From contig JBJBDL010000003.1 in the NCBI GenBank assembly GCA_047285305.1, positions 1,568,001 to 1,632,000 of the forward strand: a DNA stretch of 64,000 bases, in the 5' to 3' direction. Shown in pieces: positions 1-8,473 of the stretch; within the stretch, counting starts at the first letter, position 1, and each line of letters opens with the position of its first letter. Origin of the DNA: Synechococcus sp. Lineage in GTDB: Bacteria > Cyanobacteriota > Cyanobacteriia > PCC-6307 > Cyanobiaceae. The translations under genes and the position numbers were made by a program. A model generated the notes under the pieces. That model was not told the origin of the DNA and ran no database searches. It saw nothing but the letters and a program-made list of their open reading frames with translations.

Positions 1-208
1 GATCGACAACGCTGACGCTCCATAGCCGCTCTTCCGTGCCCACCGCTGATTCCAGGGCCGTCTGCAGGGCCGGGCAAAGTGCAGCGCCGCTGAGCATGAC
101 CTGGCCCTGACGTTGCACCACTGGAGGTGGTGCCAACAATGGAAGTGCTGCCCTGACGGGCAACTGGGGCGCCAGCACCAGCAAGGAGACCAGTGCAGAG
201 CGAATCAC
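1..208 (-). CDS. dacB: D-alanyl-D-alanine carboxypeptidase/endopeptidase (PBP4), N-terminal part; runs off window edge
   Basis: Hand translation from GTG at 208: MIRSALVSLLVLAPQLPVRAA...LCPALQTALESAVGTEERLWSVSVVD; signal peptide and typical picocyanobacterial DacB N-terminus. Confidence 0.6.
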   Translation of the reverse strand, partial: MIRSALVSLLVLAPQLPVRAALPLLAPPPVVQRQGQVMLSGAALCPALQTALESAVGTEERLWSVSVVD

Positions 209-711
209 AGAGGCATCACTCCGCTCACAACACCGTTCAAGCGGTAGAGGCGACCCTCCAGTTCAACGGGCACACCCACCTTCAGCTTGGTGCCACCGAT
301 CACAACACCGGAGGGTTTGATCTCGGCCTGGGCCTTCATCACAAACCGGGCATGGCGGGGTAGAGCCGTGGCGGGGGCATCGGCAAACACCACCGAACCA
401 TCGGGCTGCACCTCCGTCAGGGGATTGGTGACGTCATCCACCGACACCAGGCTCACTCGACCAGCCGGTTGATTGCGGATCACGATGTTGAGGTCAGCTT
501 CCTCCCGCACTGAAGTCAGCAGCTGATCGGGATCAGCGCTGTACAGCTGAACCACATCAACGCTCACCTGCACAGGCTTCACGGCACCGGTGGCCTTGGC
601 GACCGCATTAGAGAGCTTGGGGGACCAGACCACTCCAGCCAGAGCAGCCAGGGCGACTACTCCAGCCACAGCATCGATGGGTGAAAGGGTTCGAAGCCTG
701 TTGAGCACCAT
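205..711 (-). CDS. DUF4330 family protein
   Basis: 168 aa ORF, N-terminal TM, IRNQPAG and GGTKLKVGVPVELEG motifs. Confidence 0.75.
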   Translation of the reverse strand: MVLNRLRTLSPIDAVAGVVALAALAGVVWSPKLSNAVAKATGAVKPVQVSVDVVQLYSADPDQLLTSVREEADLNIVIRNQPAGRVSLVSVDDVTNPLTEVQPDGSVVFADAPATALPRHARFVMKAQAEIKPSGVVIGGTKLKVGVPVELEGRLYRLNGVVSGVMPL

Positions 712-773
712 CGAAGGGGAGCCTGGGCTTGAACCTTAAGGAGGGTCTGAGCCTGGATCAAGCCAGAGGCGGC

Positions 774-1496
774 TCAATTACGCAGACCATCAAGGAAGCG
801 GTCGACCCCGGACAGCTGTTGCTTGATGCTGTCGGGATCTTCACCAGCCAGAAGCGCTGCTGTGGTGTCGGGATCCGGACGTTCGGGAAGCACCTCCAGT
901 TGCCGGTAACCATCGGGATCCTGGCGATAGAGACGCCAGTCATCGGGGAAGCAGCGCATCAATGCTCCTCCCTCCAGGGGCTGGAGCCAGTAGGCCTGCT
1001 GCCAGCTGGCCACGAAACCCTTTCGGCGCTCCCGGGCCACGCTGCCGATGCCGACGGCGGCGTCTTCGAGACGTCCATTCAGCATCAGAACCACTCCTGC
1101 GTGGTTCTCACACAAGGCCTGGAACTCCTCGTAATCCGCAGGGGAGGGGTTCACCGCAAGCAGAAGGCGGGTGTCGGGAACATCGCTCTCCGCCCGTTTG
1201 AGCTGATTGAAATCAAGGATCACCTCCTTGAGGTCCTCCGCATCGCGCCGGGCCAGGGCGGCAGCACCGGCATCGGGCCAAACCATCAACAGGTCCTGAC
1301 CGGCAGCGATCAGTGCTCGAGCCAGCCGCACCGCCACCGGAAGCAGGCGAAGACCTTCAAAACGGAGGCTTGCGGCCCAGCGTTGACCGTCGCCGGATCC
1401 AACGGCCGCCAGGGCGGCCTGCAGCATGGCCTCCTCGGCGGCGAGCAGATCCGCGGGGAGGGCGAGACAGGAAGCGTCGGATTGAGTCATCGCCAA
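774..1496 (-). CDS. DUF1995 family protein
   Basis: WPDAGAAALARRD and NGRLEDAAVGIG motifs. Confidence 0.8.
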   Translation of the reverse strand: MAMTQSDASCLALPADLLAAEEAMLQAALAAVGSGDGQRWAASLRFEGLRLLPVAVRLARALIAAGQDLLMVWPDAGAAALARRDAEDLKEVILDFNQLKRAESDVPDTRLLLAVNPSPADYEEFQALCENHAGVVLMLNGRLEDAAVGIGSVARERRKGFVASWQQAYWLQPLEGGALMRCFPDDWRLYRQDPDGYRQLEVLPERPDPDTTAALLAGEDPDSIKQQLSGVDRFLDGLRN

Positions 1497-1502
1497 AGCA
1501 TG

Positions 1503-2675
1503 TCAGGAAAATGCCTCGAGCACGGATGCAAAACGGCCGGGAACGGCGTCGAGATCCTGATCCGACAACCAGGGGCCAAGGGTCAACCGCAGGCCCGACT
1601 GACGTTCAGGCCCGGGAATCCCCATGGCCGTGAGCACAGCACTGTCGGCACTGCTGCCACTGCTGCAGGCACTGCCACTGCTGCAGGCCACCCCCGCCGC
1701 CGCCAGCCGTCGCACCAGATCGCGTCCGGGCAGCGGCTGTCCACCAACGGTTTTGGCCAACAGCGCGATGTGATGGGGCAGACGCTGATCAGGAGAAGGG
1801 CCGCAGAGCTGAAGCTGGGGTAGCTCCAGCAGGCGTTCGAGCAGTTGATCCCGTTGACGACGGATCTGGGTTGAACTGCCCGGTGGAACGTTCTGGCTGA
1901 TGGGGTCAAAGCTGGGGAGGGCCATCAGGGCTTCGGCCATGCCGCCCACCAACGCAACAGGTTCGGTACCGGAGCGCAGGCCGTGCTCCTGTCCACCGCC
2001 GCCCTGGAGCGGTGAAAGGTTCACACCCGGGGCCCGAATCAACAGGCCCACGCCCCGGGGGCCACGGAACTTGTGGGCGGAGAGGGTCAGCAGATCAACG
2101 CCGAGCCGCTCGAAGGCGAAGCAACCCTGGGGAACAAGCTGGGTGGCATCGCTATGGATGACGATGCCTCGCTCGCGGCAGGCCCGAGCGATCGTGCTGA
2201 TCGGTTGCAGTGCACCCACCTCGCCCTGGGCTGTAATCAGTGAAACCAATCGGGTTGGAGCGGACAACAACCGATCGAGCTGATCGAGCCGCAGAACGCC
2301 CTGCCCATCAACGGGCCATTCGGCAATGCTCCAGCCCAGGGCTTCCAGTTGGTGCGCCGCAGCGACCGCCGCCGGATGCTCCACCGCAGAGATCACCAAC
2401 CGGCCCGGGACAAGACCGGCAGCACTGCCGAGCAAGGCAAGGTGCACGGATTCCGTCGCCCCTGAAGTGACGATCAACTGGTCAGGATTGACAGCAAAGC
2501 GCTCTGCGATGCTCCAGCGCGCTCGCTCCAGAGCTTCCGCTGCTGCCAACCCAGCCCCATGGTGGCTGCTGGGGTTGGCCCAGGCCGTCTGCTGGAGCTG
2601 CTGCATAACCGCGATCACCGCCGGCAGAGGCGGTGTCGTGGCAGCAGCATCCAGGTAGAGCTCAGGGGGTTCCAC
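1503..2675 (-). CDS. Cysteine desulfurase (class V aminotransferase, IscS/NifS-like)
   Basis: YLDAAATTP, SAHKFRGPRG (PLP Lys), SSGSACSS catalytic Cys. Confidence 0.9.
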   Translation of the reverse strand: MEPPELYLDAAATTPPLPAVIAVMQQLQQTAWANPSSHHGAGLAAAEALERARWSIAERFAVNPDQLIVTSGATESVHLALLGSAAGLVPGRLVISAVEHPAAVAAAHQLEALGWSIAEWPVDGQGVLRLDQLDRLLSAPTRLVSLITAQGEVGALQPISTIARACRERGIVIHSDATQLVPQGCFAFERLGVDLLTLSAHKFRGPRGVGLLIRAPGVNLSPLQGGGGQEHGLRSGTEPVALVGGMAEALMALPSFDPISQNVPPGSSTQIRRQRDQLLERLLELPQLQLCGPSPDQRLPHHIALLAKTVGGQPLPGRDLVRRLAAAGVACSSGSACSSGSSADSAVLTAMGIPGPERQSGLRLTLGPWLSDQDLDAVPGRFASVLEAFS

Positions 2676-3768
2676 GCTCGAACCGCGCCTTGGTGCGCTG
2701 CTCTAGGGACTCACTGGCGAGATTGAGCATCGAGTCGAGGGACGTGCTGCTGAGGAAAGCCTGCACCTTCTGCTGCGCCTCATCGCGGAGGCAGCGGTCG
2801 GGGCGCTGACACTGCTCAGCGCAATCCTTGGAGCAATCGAAGTCGGTTGCGGCCGTCGGCGCAGGTGGAGCGGCAGGGGCTTCGCTGGTCGAAGCCATCG
2901 AGGATCCTGCCGGCACCAGATCGGGCGTCAGCACCCCGTCAAACACCGCTTCGGCGGGGCCCGTCATCAGCACGGAACCGGTGCGATCACGCCACTCAAT
3001 CATCAGCGGACCGCCGGGCAGCACCACCTCGGCGCAGTCATCGGCGAGGCCCAGCAGCACCGCCGCCACCAGGGTGGCGCAGGCACCGGTGCCGCAGGCC
3101 AATGTCGGGCCAGCACCCCGTTCCCAGACCCGGATCTCCAGCCGCTCACGGCTGTGCACCTGGAGGAAATGAACGTTGGTCTTGGCCGGGAAGGCCGGAT
3201 GGACCTCCAGGGCAGCACCCCAGGCATCAAAGGGAATGCTGGCCAGGTCGTCGACGGGCACCACCACATGGGGATTGCCCATGCCAACAGCCGCCACCTT
3301 CAGCTGTTCTCCCTCCAGCAGCAGCACCCCCTGCGGCAGGCCGTCTTCGGGCATCAGAGTTGTGGGGATGCCCTCGGAGGTGAGGAAAGGGGGGCCCATG
3401 TCCACCCGCAACTGGCCATCGGCCATCAGTTCGGGGCGAATCATTCCCGCCAGGGTTTCGATGTCCCAGCGGCGGCCAGGGGCATCACCGTCGGTGTCGG
3501 CCAGGTAGCGGGCCAGGCAGCGAATGCCGTTGCCACACATTTCGGCCTCACTGCCATCGGCATTGAGAATCCGCATCCGCAGTTCTCCCTCCGCCTGAGG
3601 AGGCAGCGCCAGAATCAGGCCATCGCCACCAACGCCGAAGCGCCGATCACAGATGCGCCGCACCCAGGCGGGATCGGGATTACTGATGGCATCGGGCAGT
3701 TGTCCCTGCCGGCCTTCAACGATCAGGAAGTCGTTGCCAAGTCCCTGATATTTGCTGAACTGAAGCAT
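2662..3768 (-). CDS. dapF: Diaminopimelate epimerase with C-terminal Cys-rich extension
   Basis: KYQGLGNDF, EMCGNGIRC, ERGAGPTLACGTGA motifs. Confidence 0.97.
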   Translation of the reverse strand: MLQFSKYQGLGNDFLIVEGRQGQLPDAISNPDPAWVRRICDRRFGVGGDGLILALPPQAEGELRMRILNADGSEAEMCGNGIRCLARYLADTDGDAPGRRWDIETLAGMIRPELMADGQLRVDMGPPFLTSEGIPTTLMPEDGLPQGVLLLEGEQLKVAAVGMGNPHVVVPVDDLASIPFDAWGAALEVHPAFPAKTNVHFLQVHSRERLEIRVWERGAGPTLACGTGACATLVAAVLLGLADDCAEVVLPGGPLMIEWRDRTGSVLMTGPAEAVFDGVLTPDLVPAGSSMASTSEAPAAPPAPTAATDFDCSKDCAEQCQRPDRCLRDEAQQKVQAFLSSTSLDSMLNLASESLEQRTKARFERGTP

Positions 3769-3803
3769 TTGTTGATATAGCTGGGATTTGGGCGGTTTTG
3801 AGC

Positions 3804-3962
3804 GGTTGGTATCTGGTTGGTATCAGGCGCATTTGGCCTTCAACAGATCGCATGAATCGGGTTCACGCATACCGGCTGTCGACTCGACCGCGCCGCTCAA
3901 TCCGGTGGTGCATCCAGTTTAAAAAACCTTTGATACCAACCCTTCTGACCTTCTATACCAAC
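3804..3962. repeat. Tandem GGTTGGTATC x2 (3804-3813, 3815-3824) plus inverted copies GATACCAACC (3932-3941) and TATACCAAC (3954-3962); integrase arm-site-like
   Basis: Read directly; periods of 11 and 22 bp. Confidence 0.75.
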
Positions 3963-4066
3963 TGAACGCAAAGAACGCAGCCAGGCACTGGTTCTGCAGC
4001 AGTTTCAGCAGGAGTGCTGCACGCAGTCTGTAGAACACCCAAGGTGATCGACGTCTGGTCGATAAA

Positions 4067-4198
4067 TCAGCTGTCGTCGTCGCTCTTGTCTTCCGGCAGC
4101 TCGGTGGATGCAGGGGTCTTCGCCTTACTGCTGAAGATCACCTTTGCAATAACAAAGGCGATCGCAACGGCGCCCAGCAGAAAGCCAAGAAGCTCCAT
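4067..4198 (-). CDS. 43-aa single-TM micro-protein MELLGFLLGAVAIAFVIAKVIFSSKAKTPASTELPEDKSDDDS
   Basis: Hand translation; paralog at 56571-56708 differs mainly by synonymous or conservative changes. Confidence 0.75.
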   Translation of the reverse strand: MELLGFLLGAVAIAFVIAKVIFSSKAKTPASTELPEDKSDDDS

Positions 4199-4204
4199 TA
4201 CTGA

Positions 4205-4405
4205 TCAGGCTTCGATTTCAGCCTTCTCTTCAGCTTTCTGAGGAACCTCTGTGGAGGTTTGCTCAGCTGTCTCGGCGTTGTGGTGACAGGCGTTGGCGCC
4301 GCCAACGAAAACCAGCACAGCCATGACCGCGGCGATCACCACAGCGGCACGGACGCGCAGGACGCCGTACGAGGCACTGATCTCAACCGTGTTCAGGTGT
4401 TTCAT
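4205..4405 (-). CDS. Small secreted protein; predicted mature peptide begins Cys-His-His
   Basis: Hydrophobic stretch followed by A-N-A|CHH and an acidic tail; paralog at 56715-56915; start codon uncertain. Confidence 0.7.
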   Translation of the reverse strand: MKHLNTVEISASYGVLRVRAAVVIAAVMAVLVFVGGANACHHNAETAEQTSTEVPQKAEEKAEIEA

Positions 4406-4534
4406 GCCGGTGAAGCTAACGGCGTTTTGAACCAATAAGCGGGTCATTTGATACAGGTCAGCTCAGACCCTTGAAACGCCCACCGTGATCGTCGAATGAG
4501 AGATATCTCTGAGAAGCCAAGAGACGTCTCGTCA

Positions 4535-4548
4535 GTAGTAGGCGATAC
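4535..4548. promoter_or_regulatory. Putative NtcA box GTA-N8-TAC
   Basis: GTAgtaggcgaTAC; arms conserved in copy 2 (57045-57058, GTAgtccgcgaTAC) while the spacer varies; no TAN3T at the class II spacing. Confidence 0.4.
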
Positions 4549-4934
4549 CACTGAACAGACGTTCATGGAAGATTTTCCGGAAACTAAAACCTGTCCAAAA
4601 AGTCGCTGCAAACCGTGTCACTTGCCTCCATATTTGGCGTCCAGGCAGCAGACACGTATCACGTGGCACTGTCTAGGCAGCACCGGGAGAGCGACCTGGT
4701 GGCTGGCAGAAATAGCTCCCTTGGCATGAGCGATTGCCAGGGGGAGCTTTCTGCGCTCTTCAAATCTCTGAAAAGAGTTAGTGCATTTGCTACAAGCGCC
4801 TGTATAGCGGCGAACTTGTTCATGCGGATACCGCATCGCTCGGGGAGAACAGCGTTCTCCTCGCGGTTCCGTCGCCCCACATCTTTGATTCGGCAAAGGC
4901 TGTTGGAAGTCAGCCTCGCCGATAGAAGGGGCTG

Positions 4935-5198
4935 TTAGGCCGCCACTGGTTCGTGGATTTTGGGGACGATATGGGTCACAAGGTCGGCATTGATCCAACG
5001 GATCACACCGGTGTCCACGTTTGCCACTTGGAAGAGGGTCGGGACCTTGGTGTTCCTTGCCCCACCTTCAACAAACACGACATCGCCCATCCACCAGTCA
5101 CCGTTCTCTTCAACGATCACGGTCATCCCTGCTTTCACGTGCAGGAACAGTGGGTCGCGGTCAGGCCGTGATGTGACGACCGAATGATCAACCGACAT
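4935..5198 (-). CDS. DUF3104 domain protein (87 aa)
   Basis: PLFLHVKAGMTVIV...WWMGDVVFVEGGARN.KVPTLFQVANVDTGVIRWINADLVTHI; ATG at 5198. Confidence 0.85.
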   Translation of the reverse strand: MSVDHSVVTSRPDRDPLFLHVKAGMTVIVEENGDWWMGDVVFVEGGARNTKVPTLFQVANVDTGVIRWINADLVTHIVPKIHEPVAA

Positions 5199-5234
5199 TC
5201 CACTTCTCTCGTCGCGCCTCACCAGGTAAGCAGT

Positions 5235-5248
5235 AGTACAAGTGAACT
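5235..5248. promoter_or_regulatory. Putative cyanobacterial LexA (SOS) box upstream of DUF3104
   Basis: AGTACAAGTGAACT, one mismatch to RGTACNNNDGTWCB; similar box upstream of the second DUF3104. Confidence 0.5.
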
Positions 5249-5420
5249 GCAATGAGTAAAACCGACGATTGCGGTTCGGTTGACCCTCGCTAGAGCGAGC
5301 AGCGTTACCTGTCGCAACCCGCTTCGTTAAGCCACCCAAGGATATGTAACAAGCTGAACGCTTTGTCTCGGTTGAGCCAAACGGGACTCGATTTGCTGCC
5401 TATTCCTAAAGGGAGCAGGG

Positions 5421-5603
5421 ATGCAGAGCATGAAAGCGACAAAACTCACCGCCGCCCCACAGGGCTTTGAGTACTACAGGGTTTGCGACCAGGAAGGCGT
5501 CTGCCGCGTAGTCAGAGGCATGTGGGCAGCCAAGGAACTCATAGAGGACAGGCCTGACCTGACCGCCACTAGGACAAAGCTCTACCCAGCGGATTGGAGT
5601 TAA
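5421..5603 (+). CDS. Small hypothetical protein (60 aa)
   Basis: Purine-rich RBS (AGGGAGCAGGG) before ATG; protein-like composition with CDQEGVC motif. Confidence 0.55.
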   Translation: MQSMKATKLTAAPQGFEYYRVCDQEGVCRVVRGMWAAKELIEDRPDLTATRTKLYPADWS

Positions 5604-5640
5604 AGCACTGAATCCGAAAACATGGGAGAGCAGCTCTGGG

Positions 5641-5805
5641 ATTCGTGAACAGCTCCCCCTCAGCATTGCTGTGGTGGGACAGGAGCCCATCGAGGGGCGT
5701 CTGATCTGGCAGGACCCTGAGTTTCTGGCCATCGAACGGGTGGGTGCGAGCCGGCCCGTGCTGATCAACCGTCGGCAGATCAGCGTGATCCGCTCCCTCG
5801 GCTGA
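5641..5805 (+). pseudogene. hfq: Cyanobacterial Hfq (Sm-like), 5'-truncated
   Basis: Hand translation [55 protein letters not shown].(L/I).WQD motif and dapF-leuS position; no in-frame ATG/GTG/TTG back to the stop at 5560-5562. Confidence 0.8.
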
Positions 5806-5833
5806 ACACCAGGCATGTGGCACGATCGCAACC

Positions 5834-8461
5834 TTGCCGAGCGCTGGTTCCGTGAACGCTGCCAACCCTGCCGTCGACGCCAGTGCCCAGACCGGTCGTT
5901 ATGACCCCACCGCGCTGGAGCAGCGCTGGCAGGAGAGTTGGAAGGCGGATGGGGTGGACACCACAGAAGAAGCTGTTGAGAAGCCCGGATTCTTTGCCCT
6001 GTCGATGTTCCCGTACCCCTCGGGAAGCCTGCACATGGGCCATGTGCGCAACTACGTGATCACCGATGTGATCGCCCGAGTACAACGCATGCGGGGCCAT
6101 GCGGTGCTGCATCCGATGGGCTGGGATGCCTTCGGACTCCCCGCTGAAAACGCGGCTATCGAACGCAATGTGGATCCCGGCGAGTGGACCGACCGCAACA
6201 TCGATCAGATGCGGGCGCAGCTGGATCGCCTTGGCCTTTCGATCGATTGGAGCCGCGAACAGGCGACCTGCCACAGCGACTACTACCGCTGGACCCAGTG
6301 GCTGTTCCTTGAACTGCTCGAAGGGGGGCTGGCCTATCGCAAGAACGCCACCGTCAACTGGGATCCCGTCGACCAGACCGTGCTGGCCAATGAGCAGGTG
6401 GATGGTGACGGCCGCTCCTGGCGCTCCGGAGCCCTGGTGGAACAACGCCAGCTGAATCAGTGGTTCCTGCGCATCACTGACTACGCCGAGCCGCTGCTCA
6501 ACGACCTGGACGCCCTCAAGGGCTGGCCGGAACGGGTGCGCACCATGCAGGCCAACTGGATCGGTCGCTCGGAAGGGGCGGAGATCAGCTTCAGCGTTGA
6601 GGGAGCACAAGATCAGACGATCACCGTGTTCACCACCCGACCCGACACCCTCGCGGGGGCGAGCTACGTGGTGCTGGCACCGGAAAACGAGCTGGTGGAC
6701 AGCCTCACCAGCGCTCAACAGAAGGGCACGGTGGAGGCCTTCCGCAAGGAGGTGGCTCGTCTCAGCACGATTGAACGCACCAGCGATGACAGGCCCAAAC
6801 GGGGGGTGCCCATCGGCAGTCATGTGATCAACCCCCTGACGGGGGCGGTGCTGCCGGTGTGGATCGCCGACTACGTGCTGGCCGAATACGGCACGGGCGC
6901 CGTGATGGGCGTGCCGGCCCACGACCAACGCGACATCGCCTTTGCGCAGTCGAACGGTCTGCCGATCCAGCAGGTGATCGACGCCGAAGGAGCTGCTGAA
7001 GCCATCGCGGCCGGTCAGGCCTGGATGGATGCCGGAACACTGATCAACTCCGGCAGCTTCGATGGCACGGCCTCCAGCGAAGCCAAGGGCGCCATCACCG
7101 GCCACGGCGCCGAGCAGGGCTGGGCACGGAGCAAGGTCACCTATCGCCTGCGCGACTGGCTGATCTCACGCCAGCGCTACTGGGGCTGCCCCATTCCCGT
7201 CATCCACTGCGATGACTGCGGTGCTGTTCCGGTGCCCCGCGAGGACCTTCCGGTGGAGCTGCCCCGGGGCATTGATCTCTCTGGCAAGGGCGGTTCGCCC
7301 CTGAGCCAGCAGAGCGACTGGGTGAATGTGGCCTGCCCCTGCTGCGGCAAGCCGGCCAAGCGGGAAACAGACACCATGGACACCTTCATGTGTTCCTCCT
7401 GGTATTTCCTGCGCTTCGCCGATCCCCACAACACCGAGAAACCCTTCAGCAAGGAGGCGGTGAACCGCTGGTTGCCGGTGAAGCAATACGTGGGCGGCAT
7501 CGAACACGCGATCCTGCACCTGCTCTACGCCCGTTTCTTCACCAAGGCGCTGAAGGATCGCGGCCTGGTCGACATCAACGAACCGTTTGAACGGCTCCTC
7601 ACCCAGGGCATGGTGCAGGGAATCACCTACCGCAATGCGACAACCGGCAAGTACATCGCTCCAGCGGACGTGGCAGATCCCGAAAATCCCCGGGACCCCA
7701 ACACGGGCGACAAGCTTGAGGTGTTGTTCGAGAAGATGTCGAAGTCGAAGTACAACGGCGTTGATCCCGCGGCGGTGATCGACCGCTACGGCGCAGACAC
7801 AGCCCGCATGTTCATCCTGTTCAAAGCACCGCCGGAGAAGGATCTGGAGTGGGATGACGCCGATGTGGAGGGCCAGTTCCGCTTCCTGCAACGGCTTTGG
7901 CGCCTTGTTGAGGCCGGTGCTGCCCGCATCGACTCACTCGAGCCGATGCAACGGCCAGCCGATCTGAGCGATGCCGACAGCGACGTACGTCGGGCGCTGC
8001 ACCTGGCCATCGAAGCCGTCAGCGAGGACCTCAGCGACGAGATCCAACTGAACACGGCCATCTCCGAGCTGATGAAGCTCTCCAATGCCATCAGCTCCAC
8101 GGGCATCGAGGCCCTGAGTACACCTGTGTTGCAGGAAGCTCTTTCCGGACTGGTTCGCCTGCTGGCTCCGTTCGCGCCTCATCTGGCGGAGGAGTTCTGG
8201 AGCCGTCTGGGGGGAAGCGGCAGCGTGCACCGTCAAAGCTGGCCGGTTCTGGATCCAACGGCACTGGTGCAGGACAGCGTTGAAGTGGTGATCCAGGTGA
8301 AGGGCAAGGTGCGGGGCAAGCTGCAGGTTCCGGCCTCCGCCGGCAAGGAGGAGCTGGAACGGCTCGCCCTGGCCAGTGATGTGGCCGAAAAATGGTTGGA
8401 GGGCGCAGCCCCCCGTCGGGTGATCGTGGTCCCCGGAAAACTGGTGAACCTGGTGCCCTGA
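5834..8461 (+). CDS. leuS: Leucine--tRNA ligase
   Basis: [13 protein letters not shown] (HIGH) and KMSKS motifs; start may be GTG 5852. Confidence 0.98.
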   Translation: MPSAGSVNAANPAVDASAQTGRYDPTALEQRWQESWKADGVDTTEEAVEKPGFFALSMFPYPSGSLHMGHVRNYVITDVIARVQRMRGHAVLHPMGWDAFGLPAENAAIERNVDPGEWTDRNIDQMRAQLDRLGLSIDWSREQATCHSDYYRWTQWLFLELLEGGLAYRKNATVNWDPVDQTVLANEQVDGDGRSWRSGALVEQRQLNQWFLRITDYAEPLLNDLDALKGWPERVRTMQANWIGRSEGAEISFSVEGAQDQTITVFTTRPDTLAGASYVVLAPENELVDSLTSAQQKGTVEAFRKEVARLSTIERTSDDRPKRGVPIGSHVINPLTGAVLPVWIADYVLAEYGTGAVMGVPAHDQRDIAFAQSNGLPIQQVIDAEGAAEAIAAGQAWMDAGTLINSGSFDGTASSEAKGAITGHGAEQGWARSKVTYRLRDWLISRQRYWGCPIPVIHCDDCGAVPVPREDLPVELPRGIDLSGKGGSPLSQQSDWVNVACPCCGKPAKRETDTMDTFMCSSWYFLRFADPHNTEKPFSKEAVNRWLPVKQYVGGIEHAILHLLYARFFTKALKDRGLVDINEPFERLLTQGMVQGITYRNATTGKYIAPADVADPENPRDPNTGDKLEVLFEKMSKSKYNGVDPAAVIDRYGADTARMFILFKAPPEKDLEWDDADVEGQFRFLQRLWRLVEAGAARIDSLEPMQRPADLSDADSDVRRALHLAIEAVSEDLSDEIQLNTAISELMKLSNAISSTGIEALSTPVLQEALSGLVRLLAPFAPHLAEEFWSRLGGSGSVHRQSWPVLDPTALVQDSVEVVIQVKGKVRGKLQVPASAGKEELERLALASDVAEKWLEGAAPRRVIVVPGKLVNLVP

Positions 8462-8473
8462 TCCCAGGCGGGA

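Larger units (their letters stand above)
4095..4871. repeat. Dispersed repeat copy 1 (copy 2 at 56605-57379, same orientation)
   Basis: Hand alignment: ~65 mismatches plus one 2-nt indel over ~777 bp (~91%). Confidence 0.97.
3769..5640. mobile_element. Mini-island A (no integrase) between dapF start and truncated hfq
   Basis: Lower GC than flanks, arm-like repeats beside dapF ATG, cassette duplicated at 56.6-57.9 kb, hfq 5' end missing at right junction; no clear att direct repeat found. Confidence 0.65.

Noticed and set aside
729..1823. Long antisense ORFs (also 5780-7105, 46922-47998, 50170-51102 and others)
   Set aside because: Shadow frames of well-identified high-GC genes on the opposite strand; no family motifs
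4554..4565. GAAC-N4-GTTC Gram-positive-type SOS box
   Set aside because: Not the cyanobacterial LexA consensus; treated only as a hairpin/palindrome
4496..4998. ORFs 4496-4729, 4615-4938 and 4618-4998 in the duplicated block
   Set aside because: Copy 2 has a 2-nt indel or stop codons in two of these frames and mostly non-synonymous changes in the third; the minus MNKFAA... frame remains unresolved
5605..5623. Possible degenerate duplicate of the dapF 5' end (second att site)
   Set aside because: Similarity too short and gapped to support
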